Of a stretch of 32,000 bases of DNA, positions 1-8,706 are shown piece after piece. A model generated the notes under the pieces. That model searched no databases, had not been told where the DNA came from, and saw only the letters and a list, made by a program, of their open reading frames with translations. The stretch spans positions 30,001 to 62,000 of the forward strand of contig NZ_CP029011.1 in assembly GCF_003214255.1 (NCBI RefSeq), in the 5' to 3' direction. Origin of the DNA: Candidatus Karelsulcia muelleri (GTDB lineage: Bacteria; Bacteroidota; Bacteroidia; Flavobacteriales; Blattabacteriaceae). Each line of letters starts with the position of its first letter. Position 1 is the stretch's first letter. A program made the position numbers and the translations under genes.

Positions 1-84
1 GCTTTTAAAGGAGATCTTTGTACTTTTCCTATTAATTTTAATATTAAATTATCAGATAAATTGTATAAAATAATTGAAAAGTAA
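1..84 (+). CDS. 3' end of an unidentified CDS (continues upstream of the window)
   Basis: Frame 1 is open from base 1 (AFKGDLCTFPINFNIKLSDKLYKIIEK*). The stop TAA at 82-84 overlaps the next ATG as TAATG. No recognisable motif. Confidence 0.3.
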   Translation, partial: AFKGDLCTFPINFNIKLSDKLYKIIEK

Positions 85-320
85 TGTTTATTATAAGTTT
101 TAAAAGAAAAAAATGTATAGGTTGTTATTCTTGTATAGAATCTTCTCCATTACATTTTAAAATGTCAAAAAAAGATGGAAAATCTTTTTTATTAAATTCT
201 ATAAAAAAAAAAAATTTTTTTATTTTAAAAACCAAAAATTGGGGGACCTTTTTAAATTGTAAAAAAGCTTCAATAGTTTGTCCAGTTAAAATTATTATGT
301 TAAACTCACAGTTTTATTAA
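84..320 (+). CDS. Small single-cluster 4Fe-4S ferredoxin-like protein
   Basis: 78-aa ORF with CxxCxxC ('KKCIGCYSC') near the N-terminus and a distal 'CP' ('IVCPVKI'). This is the Bacillus-type monocluster ferredoxin cysteine pattern. ATG start. The 3' end overlaps the glnS 3' end by 26 bp. Confidence 0.55.
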   Translation: MFIISFKRKKCIGCYSCIESSPLHFKMSKKDGKSFLLNSIKKKNFFILKTKNWGTFLNCKKASIVCPVKIIMLNSQFY

Positions 321-1935
321 AAATTAATTTATCTAAACAAAAACTTAATTTATCTAAACAAAAATATCCAATTCGTTGAAATTGAAATTTCTTATAAATT
401 GTTGCTTTTCTTATGGAAGGTTCTGCATATGCAATTGTTGTTTTTAATGAATTTTTGTTGATCTTATCAAGATAATTTTTTAATTGTTCAGATTTCTTTT
501 CAAGAAAAAGATTATCATATATATTTATTTTAATTTTTATAGCATGAATTTTAGAAACCCAATGTAATGTACATTTAATTTTTTTCTTCCTTGTAAACCC
601 CGATAAACTTTTTTTATCATAAGTACAATATATTTGTTTTATGCTACCATCTAAATTTCTATAAATCTTATTAGCTTTTAAAATATAAGCGTTTTTTAAA
701 CGTATTTCTTCTCCTAAAGAGAATCTCAAAAAATTTTTTGTTTTTTTTTCTAAAAAATCTTCATTTTCTATATATATTTTTTTTGAAAATGGAATTTTTC
801 TATAGTTTTTTTTTAATTGGTTAGGAAAATTTTCAGAATTTAACCATTCAACTTTATCATCTGGATAATTTTCAATTATTAATAATATTGGATTTATTAC
901 CACCATTACTCTATAAGAGATTTTTTTTAAATGTTTTCGAATACTAAATTCTAAAAGAGAAATATCTATATTATTTTCTCGTTTGGAGAGACCAATTTTT
1001 TTTATAAAATTATTTATTGATTTTGGAGTATAACCTCTTCTTCTAAGTCCTGCTAACGTAGGCATTCTTGGATCATCCCATCCATTTACAATTTTTTTTT
1101 TTACTAAAATTTGTAATTTTCTTTTACTTAAAATATTATAATTTAAATTTAACCTAGAAAATTCATATTGTTTAGGAATTAAACTATTTTTTTTTTTTAT
1201 ATTTTTTAAAAACCATTTATATAATGGTTTATGATTTTCAAATTCAAAAGAACAAAAAGAATGTGATATTTGTTCTATATAATCTGATTGGCCATGTGTC
1301 CAATCATAAGTAGGATATATACACCAATTTTTTTTGGTTTTAAAATGATTTTTTTTTTTGATAATTCTATACATTATAGGATCTCTAAGATTCATATTTG
1401 GGGATTTCATATCTATTTTTGCACGTAAAACACATTCACCGTCATGAAAATATCCATTTTTCATTTTTTCAAATAAAAAAAGATTTTCTTTTATAGATCT
1501 TTTTCTATATGGACTTTCAATTCCTTCTTCAAAAGGATTTTTTTTTTGTTCTTGGATTTGTTCTTGGGTTTGATCATCAACATAAGCTTTTCCTTTTTTT
1601 ATAAGAATTTTAGCCAAAAAATAAAGTTTATTAAAATAATTAGATGCATAAGTTTCTTTCTTCCATTTAAAGCCTAACCAAAGAATATCATTTTTTATAT
1701 ATTCAATGAATTTTTTTTTTTCTTCTATTGGATTTGTATCATCAAATCTTAATATTACTGAGGTTTTATATTTTTCTGCTAATTTAAAATTGAAAAAAAT
1801 AGATTTAGCATGTCCAATATGTAAATAACCATTAGGTTCTGGTGGAAATCTAAAAAGTAATTTGTTTTTGGTAAATCCTGATTTTAAATCTTTTTCTATA
1901 ATTTTTTCTAAAAAATTTAAATTTTCTTTTTTCAT
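295..1935 (-). CDS. glnS: Glutaminyl-tRNA synthetase
   Basis: 546-aa ORF with ATG start. It carries 'FRFPPEPNGYLHIGHAKS' (HIGH), 'LRFDDTNP', the KMSKS-like 'LSKRKL' and the C-terminal 'RIGYFC..IFNKTV'. The pattern matches GlnRS rather than GluRS. Confidence 0.92.
   Translation of the reverse strand: MKKENLNFLEKIIEKDLKSGFTKNKLLFRFPPEPNGYLHIGHAKSIFFNFKLAEKYKTSVILRFDDTNPIEEKKKFIEYIKNDILWLGFKWKKETYASNYFNKLYFLAKILIKKGKAYVDDQTQEQIQEQKKNPFEEGIESPYRKRSIKENLFLFEKMKNGYFHDGECVLRAKIDMKSPNMNLRDPIMYRIIKKKNHFKTKKNWCIYPTYDWTHGQSDYIEQISHSFCSFEFENHKPLYKWFLKNIKKKNSLIPKQYEFSRLNLNYNILSKRKLQILVKKKIVNGWDDPRMPTLAGLRRRGYTPKSINNFIKKIGLSKRENNIDISLLEFSIRKHLKKISYRVMVVINPILLIIENYPDDKVEWLNSENFPNQLKKNYRKIPFSKKIYIENEDFLEKKTKNFLRFSLGEEIRLKNAYILKANKIYRNLDGSIKQIYCTYDKKSLSGFTRKKKIKCTLHWVSKIHAIKIKINIYDNLFLEKKSEQLKNYLDKINKNSLKTTIAYAEPSIRKATIYKKFQFQRIGYFCLDKLSFCLDKLIFNKTVSLT
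324..365. repeat. 21-bp perfect-length tandem duplication (2 copies, 1 mismatch) inside the glnS 3' end
   Basis: ttaatttatctaaacaaaaac / ttaatttatctaaacaaaaat at 324-344 and 345-365. It is in frame and gives FCLDKLS-FCLDKLI in the protein. Confidence 0.9.
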
Positions 1936-1943
1936 ATAAATTT

Positions 1944-3812
1944 TTATTTTCTTAAAAAAAGAATTAATATACTTATATCTGAAGGAGAAACTCCACTTAT
2001 TTTAAGTGCTTCTCCAATAGAATTGGGTTTATAATTTATTAATTTTTCCTTTGCTTCAATTGAAAGAGATTTTATCTTTTTATAATTAAAATTAATTGGA
2101 ATTTTTAAATTTTCTAATTTAGACATTTTTTTTACATTTTCTTCTTCTTTTTTAAAATATCCTTTATATTTAATTCTAAGAGAAATTAAATATAAAATTT
2201 TTTTATTGATCTTATTCTTTTTCATAAAATTTTTTACTAACGATAACTTCTTTATTTCTTCTATAGAAATTTCTGGCCTCGATAAAAAATCACCTAATTT
2301 AATGTTTTCTTTTCTAATAAAAGATTTTTTTAAAAATTTTTTCGCTAATTCAAATTTAATTGTTTTTCTTTTAAAAAAAGAAAAACATTTTTTTAAATGT
2401 TTATTTTTTAATTCTAATTTTTTTATTCTTTCATAATTTACCAATCCTAATTTTTCACCAATAGGGGTTAATCTTTCATCGGCATTATCTTGTCTTAATA
2501 AGATTCTATATTCTGCTCTGGAAGTGAACATTCTATATGGTTCTTCTGTTCCTTTATAAATTAAATCATCAATAAGTACTCCTATATAGGCTTCATTTCG
2601 TTTAAGAATCAATGGATCTTTTTCATTAATTTTTAAATTAGCATTTATTCCTGCTATTAAGCCTTGTGCTGCGGCTTCTTCATATCCTGTTGTTCCATTT
2701 ATTTGACCTGCAAAAAAAAGATTTTCAATTTTTTTTGATTCTAAATTAATTTTTAATTGTGTAGGATAAAAATAATCATATTCTATAGCATATCCTGGTC
2801 TAACCATTTTAGCCTTTTCAAATCCAGGAATTGTAATTAATGCTTTATATTGAACTTCTTCTGGCATAGAAGTAGAAAATCCATTAATATATACTTCTTG
2901 AGTATTCCAACCTTCTGGTTCTACAAAAATTTGATGATTATCTTTATTAGAAAATCTATAAATTTTTTCTTCAATAGAAGGACAATATCTAGGACCTACA
3001 CATTTAATGTGTCCATTAAAAATAGGAGATAAATTAAATTTATCACGTAATAATTTATGAGTTTCTAAATTTGTATAGGTAAGATAACATTTTTTTTGTT
3101 TTATTCTCATTCTCTTTTTTTTACTTAAAAAAGAAAAAGGTTCTATTGGAGAATCTCCTAATTGTTCAATCATTTTCGAATAATCTAAAGATTTTCCATC
3201 TAATCTGGGAGAGGTCCCTGTTTTCATTCTTCCTGAAATTAATCCAAATTGTTTTAATTTTTCTGTTAATCCTTTTACAGAATTTTCGTAAATTCTCCCC
3301 CCACTTTTTTGTTTTTTTCCTATATGGATAATTCCATTTAAAAATGTACCATTTGTTAATATTACTGATTTACTTTTAATAGTAATTCCAAGAATGGTTT
3401 TAACTCCAATTACTTTATTATTTTTAATAATTAAATCTATAACAGTATCTTGATATAAATTTAAATTATAATTTTTTTTTAAAATTAAACGCCATTCTTT
3501 CGAAAATTTTAGTCTATCACATTGGGCTCTAGGACTCCACATTGCAGGTCCTTTAGATTTATTTAACATTCTAAATTGAATCATACTTTTATCTGTTATT
3601 ATACCTGAATACCCTCCTAAAGCATCAATTTCTTTAATTATTTGTCCTTTTGCAATTCCTCCCATTGCGGGATTACATGACATTTGTGCTATATTATATA
3701 TATTTGTTGTAATTAATAATGTTTTTGATCCAAGATTAGAAGCTGCTAGAGCTGCTTCTGATCCAGAATGTCCCCCACCTACTACAATTACATCATATTT
3801 CTGATCAAACAT
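1944..3812 (-). CDS. mnmG: tRNA uridine 5-carboxymethylaminomethyl modification enzyme MnmG (GidA)
   Basis: 622-aa ORF with the FAD fold 'YDVIVVGGGHSGSEAALAA', plus 'MSCNPAMGG' and 'GQINGTTGYEEAAAQG'. Confidence 0.95.
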   Translation of the reverse strand: MFDQKYDVIVVGGGHSGSEAALAASNLGSKTLLITTNIYNIAQMSCNPAMGGIAKGQIIKEIDALGGYSGIITDKSMIQFRMLNKSKGPAMWSPRAQCDRLKFSKEWRLILKKNYNLNLYQDTVIDLIIKNNKVIGVKTILGITIKSKSVILTNGTFLNGIIHIGKKQKSGGRIYENSVKGLTEKLKQFGLISGRMKTGTSPRLDGKSLDYSKMIEQLGDSPIEPFSFLSKKKRMRIKQKKCYLTYTNLETHKLLRDKFNLSPIFNGHIKCVGPRYCPSIEEKIYRFSNKDNHQIFVEPEGWNTQEVYINGFSTSMPEEVQYKALITIPGFEKAKMVRPGYAIEYDYFYPTQLKINLESKKIENLFFAGQINGTTGYEEAAAQGLIAGINANLKINEKDPLILKRNEAYIGVLIDDLIYKGTEEPYRMFTSRAEYRILLRQDNADERLTPIGEKLGLVNYERIKKLELKNKHLKKCFSFFKRKTIKFELAKKFLKKSFIRKENIKLGDFLSRPEISIEEIKKLSLVKNFMKKNKINKKILYLISLRIKYKGYFKKEEENVKKMSKLENLKIPINFNYKKIKSLSIEAKEKLINYKPNSIGEALKISGVSPSDISILILFLRK

Positions 3813-4245
3813 AATATTTATTAATAATGTTTTTTTTTTTAAAAAAAAATAAATAAAAATCTTCTTTTTTAGACATTAAATTTTTTTCATATTTTTTAAT
3901 ATCATTATATCCTATTAAATGTAATCCAGCATGGATAATTACACGTTTTAATTCATCATAAAATGAATTTTTAAATTTTAACGAATTAAATTTTATTCTA
4001 TTAATACTAATAAAAATTTCTCCAGAAATAATATTGTTTTCAGAATACTTAAAAGTTAGAACATCTGTATAAGAATTTTTTTTTAAAAATTTTTTATTAA
4101 TTTTAATTAAAAATTTATCCTCACAAAAAATATAATTTATTTTTTTTATCTTTTTTTTTTCTTTTTTAAAAAGAAACCCAAGCAATTTTGAAAATAATTT
4201 TTCATTATATAAATGAAATTTTGTTTCATAAATAAAATTTATCAT
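3805..4245 (-). CDS. ybeY: Endoribonuclease YbeY (rRNA maturation factor)
   Basis: 146-aa ORF with the metal-binding motif 'HAGLHLIGYND'. The size is typical. It overlaps the mnmG start by 8 bp. Confidence 0.8.
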   Translation of the reverse strand: MINFIYETKFHLYNEKLFSKLLGFLFKKEKKKIKKINYIFCEDKFLIKINKKFLKKNSYTDVLTFKYSENNIISGEIFISINRIKFNSLKFKNSFYDELKRVIIHAGLHLIGYNDIKKYEKNLMSKKEDFYLFFFKKKNIINKYYV

Positions 4246-4261
4246 AATAAGGAATTAATTA

Positions 4262-4521
4262 ATGTTATATATTGTTCCAACCCCAATAGGAAATAATCTT
4301 AAAAAAAGTAGATTTTATTTTCTTTTATTTGAGCAGAAAATATTAAAAATTATAAAAAATTATTATAAAATAAAGAATATTTTAAAATCATATCATTCTT
4401 ATAATTTCTGATCCAGGTTTTTTATTAGTAAAATATTGCATAAAAAATCAAATCAAAGTTTCTTGTTTTTACCAGCATTCTTGGATTTTTACCACATAAA
4501 CAAGGTAAAAAGAATAAGTAG
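4262..4521 (+). pseudogene. rsmI: Eroded relic of rsmI (16S rRNA C1402 2'-O-methyltransferase), frameshifted and internally deleted
   Basis: Three RsmI-like blocks lie in three different frames. (1) 4262-4411: 'MLYIVPTPIGNN...SYHSYNF*' (compare the RsmI N-terminus LYIVPTPIGN and ..H.HNE). (2) From 4407: 'SDPGFLLVKYCIKNQIKVSC' (compare ISDPGF/YxLVRxCxxxxIxVxxLPG). (3) 4465-4521: 'ILGFLPHKQGKKNK*' (compare EGFLPxKxxxR). About 260 bp remain of a gene that is normally about 0.7 kb. Confidence 0.75.
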
Positions 4522-4569
4522 TCCTTCTAGAATTTTAGAAACTTTATTTTTAATAAAAAAATTTGAAAG

Positions 4570-4642
4570 AAGCACCGAGCGGATTTGAACCGCTGTAAAA
4601 GGTTTTGCAGACCTCTGCCTAGCACCACTCGGCCACAGTGCC
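4570..4642 (-). tRNA. tRNA-Cys (GCA)
   Basis: Reverse complement: GGCACTG-TG-GCCGAGTGGTGCTAGGC-A-GAGGT-CTGCAAA-ACCTT-TTAC-AGCGG-TTCAAAT-CCGCT-CGGTGCT-T. It folds as a cloverleaf with anticodon GCA and discriminator U73 (the Cys identity base). G1:U72 and U6:G67 are wobble pairs. CCA is not encoded. Confidence 0.85.
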
Positions 4643-4693
4643 CAATAAAATTATATTAATATTAATATATATATATTTTTTTTTTAAAAAAAT

Positions 4694-5599
4694 ATGAAAA
4701 AAAAAACTATATTATTTTCTTCCAGAAAAAGTTTACACCTTTCAAAAGAAATTGCCCATTTTTATGGGGATAAATTAGGAAATATAAATTTCTTGGAATT
4801 TAGTGATGGAGAATATGAACCAGATTTTGAACAATCTGTTAGAGGTACTAGTGTTTTTTTAATTGGATCTACTCTGCCTCCAGCAGATAATCTGATGGAA
4901 TTATTATTTATGTGTGATGCAGCAAAACGTGCTTATGCAAAGAAAATAACATTAGTCATACCATATTTTGGGTGGGGCAGACAAGATAGAAAAGAAAATA
5001 AAAGAACTCCTATTGGAGCAAAATTAGTATCTAATTTAATGACAGTGTCTGGTGCTACAAAAATAATTACAATGGATTTACATGCAAATCAAATACAAGG
5101 CTTTTTTGAAATTCCTGTAGAAAATTTAGATGCTTCAACTTTATTTATAGAGTATATCAAACAATTGGAACTAGATTGTTTAACAATTGCTTCTCCTGAT
5201 ATTGGAGGAGCCAAACGTGCAAGAAATTATGCTAGCATTTTAAATGCTGAGGTAGTTATATGTTATAAAGAAAGAAAACAAGCAAATAATATAGACTTTA
5301 TGAATATAATTGGAAATGTAAAAAATAAAAATGTTATTATTGTAGATGATTTAATAGATACAGCAAATACTATTTCAATAGCTTCAAATCTTATAAAAAA
5401 AAAAGGTGCAAAAAGTATACGTGCTATTGCTACTCATCCAATTTTATCAGGATCTGCATATGAAAAAATAGAAACTTCTTCTTTAGAAGAACTTGTAGTA
5501 ACAAATACAATTAAATTAGATAATAAAAAAAATTTAAAAAAAATAACAATTTTAAATTGTGCAAAAATATTTGCACAAGTTATGCGAAATTTTAATTAA
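4694..5599 (+). CDS. prs: Ribose-phosphate pyrophosphokinase (PRPP synthetase)
   Basis: 301-aa ORF with 'DLHANQIQGFF', the PRPP-binding loop 'VIIVDDLIDTANT' and 'PYFGWGRQDRK'. Confidence 0.92.
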   Translation: MKKKTILFSSRKSLHLSKEIAHFYGDKLGNINFLEFSDGEYEPDFEQSVRGTSVFLIGSTLPPADNLMELLFMCDAAKRAYAKKITLVIPYFGWGRQDRKENKRTPIGAKLVSNLMTVSGATKIITMDLHANQIQGFFEIPVENLDASTLFIEYIKQLELDCLTIASPDIGGAKRARNYASILNAEVVICYKERKQANNIDFMNIIGNVKNKNVIIVDDLIDTANTISIASNLIKKKGAKSIRAIATHPILSGSAYEKIETSSLEELVVTNTIKLDNKKNLKKITILNCAKIFAQVMRNFN

Positions 5600-5611
5600 A
5601 AAAATATATAT

Positions 5612-6223
5612 ATGAATAATATAATAAATATAAAAAAAAAATCTAATCGTGAATTAAGAAATTCTGGTTATGTTCCTTGCGTAATATATAGAAAAAAAAA
5701 AAATATAACATTTTCTGTTTTAATTTCCACATTAAAAAAAAATCTTTTGAAGATGAATTATTATAAAATTTATTTAAAAATAAAAAATTATTATAAAATG
5801 GAGGCAATTTTAAAAGAAATTCAATTTCATCCAATAACTGAAAATGTGATACATTTAGATTTTTACGAATTAAAAAAAAAGAATAAATATACTATTTCCA
5901 TTCCCCTAATATCTGAAGGTCATTCTATAGGTGTTTCTAAAGGAGGTGAATATAAACTTTTTTTAAAAAAAATAAAATTAAAAATTTTAAAATATTTTTT
6001 TTTAAACAAAATATTTTTAAATATAAGTAATTTAGAAATAGGAAATAATTTTTATTTAAAAAAAATTTATAATCCTAAATATATACTTCTTCATTTTAAA
6101 AAAGAAGTAATAGCATCAGTTTTTCCATCTAGAAATCTTTTAAAAGATGAAAAAAAGAAAGTAAACCTAATCAACCAGAAAGAGAAAGAGAAAGAGAAAG
6201 AGAAAGAAAAAAATATAAATTAA
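5612..6223 (+). CDS. rplY: 50S ribosomal protein L25 (long Ctc form)
   Basis: 203-aa ORF with the N-terminal 'LRNSGYVPCVIY' L25 signature and 'QFHPITENVIHLDF'. It has a lysine-rich C-terminal extension. Confidence 0.75.
   Translation: MNNIINIKKKSNRELRNSGYVPCVIYRKKKNITFSVLISTLKKNLLKMNYYKIYLKIKNYYKMEAILKEIQFHPITENVIHLDFYELKKKNKYTISIPLISEGHSIGVSKGGEYKLFLKKIKLKILKYFFLNKIFLNISNLEIGNNFYLKKIYNPKYILLHFKKEVIASVFPSRNLLKDEKKKVNLINQKEKEKEKEKEKNIN
6179..6208. repeat. Hexanucleotide microsatellite (aaagag)n at the rplY 3' end
   Basis: aaa gag aaa gag aaa gag aaa gag aaa gaa encodes a KEKEKEKEKE tail just before the stop at 6221-6223. Confidence 0.9.
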
Positions 6224-7900
6224 ATGAATATAAAACGTTATACTGTAACAGCAGCATTACCATATGCTAATGGCCCAATTCACATTGGTCATTTATCAGG
6301 AGTTTACCTTCCAGCAGATATATTTGTACGTTATCTTAAATCTAATGGAAAAAACGTTATTTTTATTTCTGGAACAGATGAACATGGTGTTCCTATAACA
6401 ATAAAAGCAAAAGAAGAAGGATTATCCCCCCAAGAATTAGTAAATAAATATCATTCTTTAATTAAAAACTCATTAAAAAAAATGGGAATATTATTTGATA
6501 ATTTTTCACGTACTACATCTAAAATCCATTTTAAAACTTCTAGAAAGTTTTTTAAAATTCTTTATCAAAAAAAAATTCTTTTTGAAAAAGAATCAGAACA
6601 TTATTTTGACAAAAAAGTTAAAAAATTTTTACCTGATAGATATATAAGAGGAATATGTCCTAAATGTAGTTATAAAGCAGCATATGGGGATCAATGTGAA
6701 AAATGTGGTTGTTCAATTTCGCCTGAAGAATTAATAAATCCTTATTCTTTTTTTACTGGCAAAAAACCTATTTTAAAAAAAACTAAACATTGGTATTTAC
6801 CATTAAATAAATATCAAAATTTTTTAGAAAAATGGATAAAAACAAAAAAATTTAAAAAAAATGTTTCTGGACAAATAAAAGCCTGGCTTAAGGAAGGGTT
6901 AAAACCTCGAGCAATTACAAGAGATTTAAATTGGGGTATTCCTCTTCCAATTAAAAATAACACTGGAAAGGTATTATATGTGTGGTTTGAAGCTCCTATA
7001 GGATATATTTCTTCCACAATCGAATGGGGTTTAAAAACAGGAAAAAATTGGGAAAAATATTGGAAAAATAAAAATACAGCAATTATTAATTTTATAGGAA
7101 AAGATAATATTGTATTTCATGGAATAATTTTTCCAATTATGCTTAAAGTTCATGGAGAATATATCTTACCATATAATGTACCTGCTAATGAATTTCTTAA
7201 TATTGAAAAAAAGAAAATTTCCACTTCTAAAAAGTGGGCAGTATGGTTACATGAATATTTAGAAGACTTTCCTAAAAAAGAAGATGTTTTAAGATATGTT
7301 CTTACATCTAATATGCCGGAAACAAAAGACACTAATTTTAGTTGGCAAAATTTTAAAAAAAAAAATAATTCAGAATTAGTCTCAATATTAGGAAATTATT
7401 TTAATAGAGTTGTTGTACTTACCAAAAAGTTGTTTAATGGCAAAGTTCCTTCTCCAGAGAAATTTCAAACAAAAGATTTTTTTCTATTAAAATTTTTAAA
7501 AAAATGTCCTTTAAAAATAGGAGGTTTTATAGAAAAATATCATTTTAAAGATGCTTTAATGACATTTATGGAACTTGCACGTTTAGGAAATAAATATTTA
7601 ACGGATGAAGAACCGTGGAAAATTAATAAAAAAAGAGTAAAAACTATTATATATATATCTTTTCAAATAATGGGAGTGATTGGAAATTTGTCTAATCCTT
7701 TTTTACCTTTTACATCATCAAAAATATTAAAAATGTTATCTTTAAAACAATTAAATTGGCAATTGCTTTTAAAAACTAATGAAATTGTAACCCCCGGCCT
7801 GTTATTATCAAATAACAAATTATTATTTGATAAAATAACCGATTTTGAAATAAAAAAACAATTAAAAAAATTAATAAAATCAAATAAAATAAACAAATGA
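6224..7900 (+). CDS. metG: Methionyl-tRNA synthetase
   Basis: 558-aa ORF with 'ALPYANGPIHIGHL' (HIGH), the zinc knuckle 'CPKCSY...CEKCG' and 'KISTSKK' (KMSKS). Its ATG directly follows the rplY stop. Confidence 0.95.
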   Translation: MNIKRYTVTAALPYANGPIHIGHLSGVYLPADIFVRYLKSNGKNVIFISGTDEHGVPITIKAKEEGLSPQELVNKYHSLIKNSLKKMGILFDNFSRTTSKIHFKTSRKFFKILYQKKILFEKESEHYFDKKVKKFLPDRYIRGICPKCSYKAAYGDQCEKCGCSISPEELINPYSFFTGKKPILKKTKHWYLPLNKYQNFLEKWIKTKKFKKNVSGQIKAWLKEGLKPRAITRDLNWGIPLPIKNNTGKVLYVWFEAPIGYISSTIEWGLKTGKNWEKYWKNKNTAIINFIGKDNIVFHGIIFPIMLKVHGEYILPYNVPANEFLNIEKKKISTSKKWAVWLHEYLEDFPKKEDVLRYVLTSNMPETKDTNFSWQNFKKKNNSELVSILGNYFNRVVVLTKKLFNGKVPSPEKFQTKDFFLLKFLKKCPLKIGGFIEKYHFKDALMTFMELARLGNKYLTDEEPWKINKKRVKTIIYISFQIMGVIGNLSNPFLPFTSSKILKMLSLKQLNWQLLLKTNEIVTPGLLLSNNKLLFDKITDFEIKKQLKKLIKSNKINK

Positions 7901-8706
7901 TTTGGGATCCCATAAAAATATTAAATATATTTGGGTTTAAACTTTATATATATAGTATTTTTTTTTTTATATCTTTTTTATTGGGTATTAAAAAACTTAA
8001 ATATTTTTATAAAATTGATGAACATTTGATAAAATATAGTTTATTAGGTCTTTTAATAGGTGCACGAATAGGACATGTTCTATTTTATGATTTTTTTTAT
8101 TTTAAAACAAATTTGCTTGAAGCTATTTTTCCAATAAAAAATTCTAAATATATAGGCTATCAAGGATTATCTAGTCATGGGGCTGCTATAGGATTATTAA
8201 TTTCTACATTTTTTTATAATAAAAAATTTATTAAAAAACAATTTTTTTGGCTTTGTGATAGATTCTGTATAATAATTGCTTTTAGTGGTTCGATTATAAG
8301 AATCGGAAATTTTTTTAATTCTGAAATTAATGGAAAAAAATCTAATTTTGCTTTTCCTTTTTCTATTGGTTTTATCCAATTATATCAAGATAAAATCTTG
8401 AAGATAAAAAGATATCCTTCTCAATTATATGAATCTATTTCTTATATAATAATATATAAAATATTATTTTTTCTTTATAAAAAAAATAAATTTAATGGAT
8501 ATATTTTTAGTATATTTCTTATATGTATTTGGTCTATAAGGTTTCTCTTAGAATTTTTAAAAGAACCTCAACCAAACGAAATGTTTTTTTTATTTAAATT
8601 AAATACTGGTCAATTATTGAGTATTCCTTTTATAATTATTGGATTTTTACTTTTTTTTAAAAAAAAATTAAAGACAATAATTTATAAATTTTATTATCCG
8701 TTTTAA
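7897..8706 (+). CDS. lgt: Prolipoprotein diacylglyceryl transferase
   Basis: 269-aa polytopic membrane ORF with 'GARIGHVLFY', 'LSSHGAAIGL', 'RIGNFFNSEINGK' and 'YPSQLYES', which are Lgt signature blocks. It overlaps metG as ATGA. Confidence 0.85.
   Translation: MIWDPIKILNIFGFKLYIYSIFFFISFLLGIKKLKYFYKIDEHLIKYSLLGLLIGARIGHVLFYDFFYFKTNLLEAIFPIKNSKYIGYQGLSSHGAAIGLLISTFFYNKKFIKKQFFWLCDRFCIIIAFSGSIIRIGNFFNSEINGKKSNFAFPFSIGFIQLYQDKILKIKRYPSQLYESISYIIIYKILFFLYKKNKFNGYIFSIFLICIWSIRFLLEFLKEPQPNEMFFLFKLNTGQLLSIPFIIIGFLLFFKKKLKTIIYKFYYPF

Noticed and set aside
2206-3331. Short + strand ORFs (2206-2436, 2850-3032, 3146-3331) inside mnmG. Similar antisense ORFs occur in rplY, metG, lgt, gltX and leuD (5643-5834, 6814-7017, 7150-7332, 7663-7896, 8197-8379, 9269-9451, 9569-9757, 19036-19242).
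   Set aside because: All lie antisense to strongly supported conserved genes and are low-complexity Phe/Ile/Lys/Asn-rich translations with no motifs. Such open frames are expected by chance opposite AT-rich coding sequence.
8668-8706. A 39-bp convergent overlap of the lgt and gltX 3' ends, plus a 26-bp fdx/glnS overlap at 295-320, as possible antisense regulation
   Set aside because: Both partners are defined by real stop codons, and the overlapping tails are poorly conserved Lys/Ile-rich extensions. Drift of stop codons in AT-rich compact genomes is the simpler explanation. No structure or motif is evident.
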